From assembly GCA_018238625.1 (NCBI GenBank), contig JABCSY010000022.1:1-45341 (forward strand): 45,341 nucleotides of DNA, in the 5' to 3' direction. Position 1 is the first letter of the stretch; each line of letters starts with the position of its first letter. Of this stretch, positions 39,609-45,341 are shown piece after piece. The stretch is from Promethearchaeota archaeon (GTDB taxonomy: Archaea; Asgardarchaeota; Lokiarchaeia; Sigyniarchaeales; SOKP01). The translations under genes were made by a program, and so were the position numbers. The notes under the pieces were generated by a model. That model was given only the letters and a program-made list of their open reading frames with translations. It ran no database searches and was not told where the DNA came from.

Positions 39609-40904
39609 ATGATAAGAATGAAAAAAGTAGCTATTATTGGAGTTGGAATTACTCCTTTTAAAGCAAGATATATGGATAAAACGCATTTTGAACTCGCTTA
39701 TGACGCGACTAAGCTCTCTTTGGAAGACGCAAACAAAAATGGGGCTGAAATAACTCATAAAGATTTAGAATCTACTGTTTACGGTATTTATAACGAACTA
39801 TTCGAACGACAATTCATGCCGGACATTTTTATAAACTCGTATATCGGAATGAACAACAAACCAGGGACTCGAATCGCTTCGGGGGGTGCTACAGGTGGAT
39901 ACACAGTGAGAATGGCTTATGCGGAAGTTGCCTCTGGTCTATCAGATCTATGCCTTTGTCTTGGCGTAGAGAAATGCAACGATTGTTATGACGAAAAAAC
40001 GGGTACGACAACACCAGAGGTTCTGAATGCAATCGCTTATTCTGCCGATATGACTTATGAATATCCAATGGGCATGATGGCGGCCAGCTCTTATGTTAGC
40101 ATGGTAAATGCGCACTTTGAAGAATTCGGTAATCCAACCGAAGAACAAATGGCTTACGTGAGCGTAAAGAATCATGGGAACGCGATAAATAATCCCAAAG
40201 CCCAATCTCCGATGAAATTGACTACAGAAGACGTATTAAATTCCAGGATAATTTGTTATCCATTTAAAATGTTGGATTGCTGTCTTTATTCCGAAGCTTC
40301 GGCAGCCTTAATATTAGCTAGCGAAGAAAAAGTAAGGGAACTAAAAATTGAAAATCCAATTTGGATAACTGGCGTAGGCGCAGCTAATACGGATTGTTTT
40401 ATCGGTAATCGAGAAGAAATTGGGCGGTTGTATTCAAATATTTACGCAGCAAAAGCAGCTTACAAGATGGCCGGATTGGACTATAATAAGATTAAAAACC
40501 AAATAGACCTAGCAGAGCTTCACGATGCCTTCTCTGGACATTACTTGTCATAAAGACAATTTGCCAGTCAAGAAGTCATTAGCTACGAAGAACTCGGTTT
40601 TGTGTCTTTTGGAGAAGGAGGTTCATGGATTGAAAAAACATTTGAAAAACCTGGAGAAGGGCCTTGGTTAGAGGGAGAACTCCCGTGCTGTCCTTCAGGT
40701 GGCTTAATAGGTTGTGGCCATGCTGTTGGAGCTACAGGAATAATGAGTACTGGAGAAGCTGCTCTTCAAATAAGAGGGGAAGCCGGTAAACATCAAGTAA
40801 CTATTGAAAAAGGACGAGCTATATCTCATTCTATTGGAGGTCCTGGTGCTGCCTATGCTGCGGTGATTGTAATGGCAAACGAGGAGGGGTTGAAAAAACC
40901 ATGA
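39609..40904 (+). CDS. Thiolase-family protein (SCP2-thiolase/Ltp-like), intron-containing: join(39609..40539,40570..40904), 421 aa (alternative start 39618)
   Basis: KVAIIGVGITPF, GVEK, VKNHGNA..NPKAQ, DCC..SE..AALIL, ELHDAFSG|QE.ISYEELGF, SGGL...GHAVGATG and HSIGG. The two track ORFs (39609-40553 and 40602-40904) are in the same frame, and the stop overlaps the next ATG (ATGA). Confidence 0.88.
40540..40569 (+). other. Candidate 30-nt bulge-helix-bulge (tRNA-type) intron in mRNA
   Basis: Central helix CUGG(40534-37)/CCAG(40564-67); 3-nt bulges ACA(40538-40) and UCA(40568-70); exon-exon stem GAUG-C-CUUCU/AGAAG-U-CAUU; intron hairpin UUGUC-AUAAA-GACAA containing the in-frame UAA. Removal gives GGA CAA GAA. 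Confidence 0.85.
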
Positions 40905-41401
40905 GCGAAAAATTTCAATCACATGAAATTAGGGATAAAATTCTAATAGAATATAAGTATACTATGGGCGGGCAATCAAAATTCTTCATAGAATTAATGA
41001 ATAATAAGAAGATATTAGGAACAAAATGTAAAAAGTGCGGGAAAGTTTGGATGCCTCCAAGAATTAACTGCTCAGAGTGCTACGAAGATACCGATTGGAT
41101 TGAGCTCCCCCACGCAGGTACGATTCAAATTAGTACGATAGTATGGTATGGGGCTGCTGAATTTATTCAAAATGTTCCCTACGGTTGTGCTTTTATTAAA
41201 TTAGATGAAGCAGATACAGCTTTGTTTCAAGGTGTATTTTCAGAAAATTTGGTTCCTTCAAAAATTAAGAAAGGACAACGAGTTAAAGCAGTGTTTAAAA
41301 AGAGGGAGGACCGAGAAGGTAGAATGACAGATTTCTTCTTCGTTCCTGAAGATGAGTGGGAAAGATGGATTAATAAACCAGAATTTGAAGGTGGTGAGTA
41401 A
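40901..41401 (+). CDS. DUF35 Zn-ribbon/OB-fold acyl-CoA-binding protein
   Basis: GTKCKKCGKVWMPPRINCSEC, GTI..STIV, PY..AFIKLD and G.RVKAVF; coupled to the thiolase. Confidence 0.9.
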   Translation: MSEKFQSHEIRDKILIEYKYTMGGQSKFFIELMNNKKILGTKCKKCGKVWMPPRINCSECYEDTDWIELPHAGTIQISTIVWYGAAEFIQNVPYGCAFIKLDEADTALFQGVFSENLVPSKIKKGQRVKAVFKKREDREGRMTDFFFVPEDEWERWINKPEFEGGE

Positions 41402-41403
41402 AA

Positions 41404-41775
41404 TTGGGTATTGCAAGTGAAAGTTTAAGTAAAATTGTTGAAAATATGAGCGGGAACGCAAAAGTTGAAGCTGTTTTTTTTACTAACATTAGTGGAAAAG
41501 AAGTTGATTGGGATATGATTTTCCAATTTAACTTGGATAACGAGGATTCTTTTTATCTTAAGGTAAAAGGAAGAAAAGCTGAACTGATTAACGGAACTGC
41601 TTCAGATCCTAACATAATTATGACGGGAGATAATAACGCAATTGTAAAAATCTGCAATGGCAAGGGAGATTTCACTCATGCGATTAGTAGAGAACAAATA
41701 AAAGTTACAAAAGGAAAAATCATTGAAGTAATACGCCTAACTCGAGCAATAACCCTTGTTTTAAAAACTAAATAG
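41404..41775 (+). CDS. SCP2 sterol/lipid-binding domain protein
   Basis: FQFNL....FYLKVKG.KAE..GT..DP.I.M and G..D...A....IKV.KG pattern; TTG start 2 bp after DUF35. Confidence 0.75.
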   Translation: MGIASESLSKIVENMSGNAKVEAVFFTNISGKEVDWDMIFQFNLDNEDSFYLKVKGRKAELINGTASDPNIIMTGDNNAIVKICNGKGDFTHAISREQIKVTKGKIIEVIRLTRAITLVLKTK

Positions 41776-41777
41776 AC

Positions 41778-41806
41778 TTTTTTTCCTTTTTTTTTTTATT
41801 ACTTTT
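41778..41806 (+). terminator. Archaeal-type oligo(T) terminator of the thiolase-DUF35-SCP2 operon
   Basis: T7-CC-T11 starts 2 nt after the TAG stop. Confidence 0.6.
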
Positions 41807-42029
41807 ATTGGTTTGCTCCGTTGCGAGTGTTTCAAAAAGAAGACTTAAAATTTTTATTAGAGAAATGATAATTTAATTAACATTCTAAGATTAACTGTTG
41901 ATATTATTAGACTAGAAATGCAAATCTTTATAAGTTTGCTTATAACATTTATCTTCTGTATTATTTAATCTAAAATTCAATACTAAAAAAAATTTAAAAT
42001 AAAATAATAAAGACGAGGTGTATCGTCAT

Positions 42030-42824
42030 ATGAAAAGAGAATTTGCTGTCTTAGGAATAGTAATAGCTTTAGGAGTGGGATTACTAGGTGGTTGGTTTAT
42101 TCCTTCGCCTATTACCACACCAGAAGGCACATCATTACTTTCTCAGATTAAATCAAGAGGCACTATTAAAGTTGGTACAAGTGCGGATTATCCTCCATTT
42201 GAAAATTATAATGTTACTTTAGACCTGATTGAGGGATTTGATGTAGATGTTACAGAAATGATAGGTGATGCTATTAATGTCACAATTGAATGGAGTGACA
42301 TTCCTTTTGATTCCCTTATTGGTGCCTGTCTATCAGGTGAGATTGACATGATTGCAGCCGCAATGACTTATAACGAGCAACGCGCTCAACAACTTGCTCC
42401 ATCTTCAACCTATATCACTGTTAGCCAAGCTGTGGTGGTAAAACAAACCTCTTCACTCACTATAACACATTTAAATAATCTCACATCCTATATAGTTGGT
42501 GTACAATCTGGTACCGTAATGCAGGATGAATTAGTGGCTTTAGGGATGACAGTAGGGGTCGATCTTATAACTTTTGCTAGAGCTGATTTGCTTATGGCAG
42601 ATCTAGATATTGGTGGAATAGATGCGGCCTATGTTGATGAACCAATTTTTACCGCTTTCAATCAAACTTATGCCCTTAAAATCATTTTTAGTACTCCTTC
42701 TGAGCCTTTAGCTCTATGGACAAGACATGGAGAACCCGAACTTTTATACGAAATAAATAATGTCATCCTTGATGGGTATCAATCGGGTTGGATCTATAGT
42801 ATGATAACAACGTGGTTTGGATGA
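42030..42824 (+). CDS. Polar amino-acid ABC transporter substrate-binding protein
   Basis: N-terminal TM, VGTSADYPPFE, GFDVD and VGVQSGT; GAGGTG SD-like site before ATG 42030. Confidence 0.9.
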   Translation: MKREFAVLGIVIALGVGLLGGWFIPSPITTPEGTSLLSQIKSRGTIKVGTSADYPPFENYNVTLDLIEGFDVDVTEMIGDAINVTIEWSDIPFDSLIGACLSGEIDMIAAAMTYNEQRAQQLAPSSTYITVSQAVVVKQTSSLTITHLNNLTSYIVGVQSGTVMQDELVALGMTVGVDLITFARADLLMADLDIGGIDAAYVDEPIFTAFNQTYALKIIFSTPSEPLALWTRHGEPELLYEINNVILDGYQSGWIYSMITTWFG

Positions 42825-43510
42825 GCGAAGCTCCAGACCTTTCATCTATTTTTTTTTATATTTTTACTAGGGGGTTGCCCAATACACTAGTACTTACTAT
42901 ATTTGGCTTAATTTTAGGTTTTGTGCTAGGTATAGCTCTGTCATTAATGAATGTTTATGGACCTAGAGAGCTTGTATGGTTGGCGAGTGGTTACGAGAAG
43001 TTATTAAGAGGAATCCCAATCTTAGTACTGATTTACATATTTCGTTGGGGAATGCCTGGGTTATTTTGGTACTTTGAAAATTCCCTAGATCGGGCATTAG
43101 CAAGCGTATCGTTAGCTCTTGCTCTCCGTAGTGGAGCCTACCAATCACAAATATTCCGTGGGGCAATTTTATCTGTCAATCCTGGACAAATGGAAGCTGG
43201 TTTTGCTTTAGGAATGACACGATTCCAAACCTTTCGCCATATAGTAATGCCTCAAGCATTACGATTAGCCGTACCTGGATGGTCGAACGAATATGCAGTG
43301 GTTATAAAAGACTCATCTTTCGCATTAGATGTTGGAATTTTCGAGATGACAAAAGCAGCAAACCAATTGACTGTCAATTATCCACAACTCCTAACTATAA
43401 CTATGGTTGTTGCTGCAATTCTTTATTTTTTGTTTACATTTCCTATAACAAAATTTTTTGGAGATCATCAAACCAAAAAATTAAAGGATTTAGGAATGGG
43501 AGGAAATTAA
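42821..43510 (+). CDS. Polar amino-acid ABC transporter permease
   Basis: RGIPILV, SGAYQSQIFRGAI, GQMEAG.ALGM, PQA and KDSS; ATGA overlap with the upstream stop. Confidence 0.92.
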   Translation: MSEAPDLSSIFFYIFTRGLPNTLVLTIFGLILGFVLGIALSLMNVYGPRELVWLASGYEKLLRGIPILVLIYIFRWGMPGLFWYFENSLDRALASVSLALALRSGAYQSQIFRGAILSVNPGQMEAGFALGMTRFQTFRHIVMPQALRLAVPGWSNEYAVVIKDSSFALDVGIFEMTKAANQLTVNYPQLLTITMVVAAILYFLFTFPITKFFGDHQTKKLKDLGMGGN

Positions 43511-43512
43511 TA

Positions 43513-44304
43513 ATGAGCAAGCCTGTCTTACGATTAGTAGATATATGGAAGTCTTATGAAGACTTAGAAGTTTTGAAAGGCATAAGTTTTGAGTTAACAA
43601 AAAAACAAGTAAAAGTTGTTTTTGGACCCAGCGGTTCTGGGAAAAGCACTTTATTGCGTTGTATTAATATGTTGGACCCACCAGATAAGGGAGAAATATA
43701 TATTTCTGGACAAAATCTTATGGAACCCGGTGTAAAACTTAATAAAATGCGAGTAAAAATAGGTATAGTTTTCCAGCACTTTAATTTATTTGCTCACCTC
43801 AAAGCAATTGATAATGTTAGCATTGGTTTACGAAGGGTAAAAGGTTTTTCAAAAGAAGAAGCCCATTCAAAAGCACTTGATGCATTAATGCGTGTTAAAT
43901 TAGCAGAATGGGCAGATCATTATCCCGCCCAACTTTCAGGTGGTCAACAACAACGTGTAGGTATTGCACGTGCTTTAGCAATGGAGCCAGATTTGATATT
44001 ATTTGACGAGCCTACCTCTGCTTTGGATCCCGAATTGATAGGAGAAGTTCTTCAAGTTATGTTAGATATTGCTAAAGCAGGAACTACAATGCTAGTTGTC
44101 ACTCACGAAATGGGATTTGCTCGAGCAGTAGCATCAGAAATGATATTCTTAGATGAAGGAGTGATTGTTGAAAGAGGAACACCAAACCATTTCTTCGAAT
44201 CACCTAAATCTGAGAGGGTTAAACATTTTCTAAGGCAAATTGATGTTTTATATGGACGACATGAGGAACTTCTTGAACCATCAGATAGGGAGGTAAATGG
44301 GTGA
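43513..44304 (+). CDS. Polar amino-acid ABC transporter ATP-binding protein (GlnQ-like)
   Basis: GPSGSGKST, VFQHFNLF, LSGGQQQRV, FDEPTSALDPE and VTHEMGFA; start moved to ATG 43513. Confidence 0.93.
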   Translation: MSKPVLRLVDIWKSYEDLEVLKGISFELTKKQVKVVFGPSGSGKSTLLRCINMLDPPDKGEIYISGQNLMEPGVKLNKMRVKIGIVFQHFNLFAHLKAIDNVSIGLRRVKGFSKEEAHSKALDALMRVKLAEWADHYPAQLSGGQQQRVGIARALAMEPDLILFDEPTSALDPELIGEVLQVMLDIAKAGTTMLVVTHEMGFARAVASEMIFLDEGVIVERGTPNHFFESPKSERVKHFLRQIDVLYGRHEELLEPSDREVNG

Positions 44305-45041
44305 TATTTCAGACCAGTTCCAATCCAATAGAGGATTTCCTTACAATTTTGAATTCTTGGGATCAAATTTTTTCAGGTTTTGTTATGACAATGTGGTTAT
44401 ACGCTTGGGCACTTTTAATTGGGTTTGTTATTGGTCTTATGTTGGCTATTTTGCGTCAATATGGTGGTAGGATAATATCTCCTATCGCAACTGGATACAT
44501 TGAAATAGTGCGTGGTACCCCAATGCTTGTCCAACTCTGGTTAATATACAGCCTACTTCTTAATCCTCTGGGAAGAGGGATCTGGTATAATAGTTTTGTA
44601 TTTTTTGGTAGAGATATCACGCTTGTTTTTCTTAATGCTCGAATTATAATTTGTATACTAACATTAAGCCTAAATAGTTCTGCGTATCAAGCTGAATATA
44701 TACGTGGGGCAATATTATCAGTTGGTACGGGACAGTTAACAGCAGCTCAATCTTTAGGTATGTCTAAAATCACAAGTATTTGTCATATTGTATTACCACA
44801 AGCTTTACGTCGGGTTATTCCTTCATGGTCTAACGAAGCAGCTTATCTCCCAAAATATACTGTAATCGTTTCTATTATTGGTGTAGCAGATATATTTAAT
44901 CAGGCAAAAAACATAGGATTTCAGACTTTGCTATATCTTCCTGTTTATACATTTGTTGCAATAATATTTTTAATTACAATAACACTAATTTCTAAGGTAT
45001 TAGACGTTGTACATAAGCGAACTGCGATTCCGGGTTTGTGA
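44301..45041 (+). CDS. Polar amino-acid ABC transporter permease 2
   Basis: RGTPMLVQL, SSAYQAEYIRGAI, GQ..AA.SLGM and LPQA. Confidence 0.92.
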   Translation: MIFQTSSNPIEDFLTILNSWDQIFSGFVMTMWLYAWALLIGFVIGLMLAILRQYGGRIISPIATGYIEIVRGTPMLVQLWLIYSLLLNPLGRGIWYNSFVFFGRDITLVFLNARIIICILTLSLNSSAYQAEYIRGAILSVGTGQLTAAQSLGMSKITSICHIVLPQALRRVIPSWSNEAAYLPKYTVIVSIIGVADIFNQAKNIGFQTLLYLPVYTFVAIIFLITITLISKVLDVVHKRTAIPGL

Positions 45042-45240
45042 TCCAATATGCAATTTAACGGGTTAAATATAACTTTTATTTGGTGAAAAACAGCTATTAT
45101 ATTACAGCAACATTACTAAAAGAAATTAATATGGTAATATTAAAAACACTTTTAGAAGATTTCAGCGTGAGTTTAACATCAATTAATAATCTAAATATTG
45201 AACCTCAAATAATTCATTATTACAGTTTAAATTGATATTT

Positions 45241-45341
45241 ATGAAAATCGTTGATTTACGATCTGACACAGTTACCAAACCTTCTCCTGAAATGTGGGAA
45301 TTTGTAAAGTCAATGGGTAATTCTCAGCTTGGAGATGATGT
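45241..45341 (+). CDS. ltaE: Low-specificity L-threonine aldolase, 5' end (runs off the window)
   Basis: MKIVDLRSDTVTKPSPEM...GDD signature. Confidence 0.85.
   Translation, partial: MKIVDLRSDTVTKPSPEMWEFVKSMGNSQLGDD

Noticed and set aside
40551-40553. Selenocysteine/pyrrolysine or readthrough explanation for the thiolase stop
   Set aside because: The stop is TAA, not TGA/TAG, and readthrough would insert 10 residues beside the catalytic HDAF motif
40539-40570. Insert as a transposon footprint (CA repeat at both ends) or simple pseudogene
   Set aside because: Not strictly excluded, but it does not explain the exact 3-4-3 geometry, pairing between insert and exon, or the undamaged, coupled 3' half
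40602-40904. Separate 100-aa gene in the ORF track
   Set aside because: It is in frame with 39609-40553, and thiolase-like sequence continues upstream of its GTG; treated as exon 2
1432-44366. Short antisense or nested ORFs in the track (e.g. 1432, 1637, 5350, 9070, 9980, 10614, 14120, 17231, 17688, 23085, 23481, 24378, 26928, 29033, 29677, 32336, 32387, 33202, 37407, 39570, 39948, 40704, 41258, 42963, 44103)
   Set aside because: Shadows of well-supported genes with no recognisable motifs
45131-45235. 34-aa ORF upstream of ltaE
   Set aside because: No motif or coding signal; probably promoter DNA

Overview
AT-rich archaeal chromosomal window. Archaeal cdhB/cdhC, CobY, a tetraether-synthase-like radical SAM gene, duplicated acyl-CoA ligases, an SCP2 protein and a multi-PAS kinase together suggest an Asgard archaeon (Lokiarchaeia); this is an inference, not a search result. 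The window holds NAD salvage genes, a cdhBC/cooT fragment of the Wood-Ljungdahl pathway, beta-oxidation genes, an orphan N6-adenine MTase fused to a specificity domain, a ~12 kb cobamide uptake/salvage/remodelling region, a thiolase-DUF35-SCP2 operon, a polar amino-acid ABC transporter and the start of ltaE. The main finding is in the thiolase-family gene (39609-40904). It is interrupted right after its HDAF motif by a 30-nt insert carrying an in-frame TAA, and the exon/insert junctions fold into a canonical bulge-helix-bulge (BHB) motif. Cleavage at the standard EndA positions removes 40540-40569 and restores HDAFSGQEVISYEELG, so this is a candidate tRNA-type intron in a metabolic protein-coding mRNA. 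Also notable are a 36-bp direct repeat bracketing the histidine-kinase gene and a tandem palindromic operator over the btuF-cob promoter. No rRNA, tRNA, CRISPR array or transposase was recognised.
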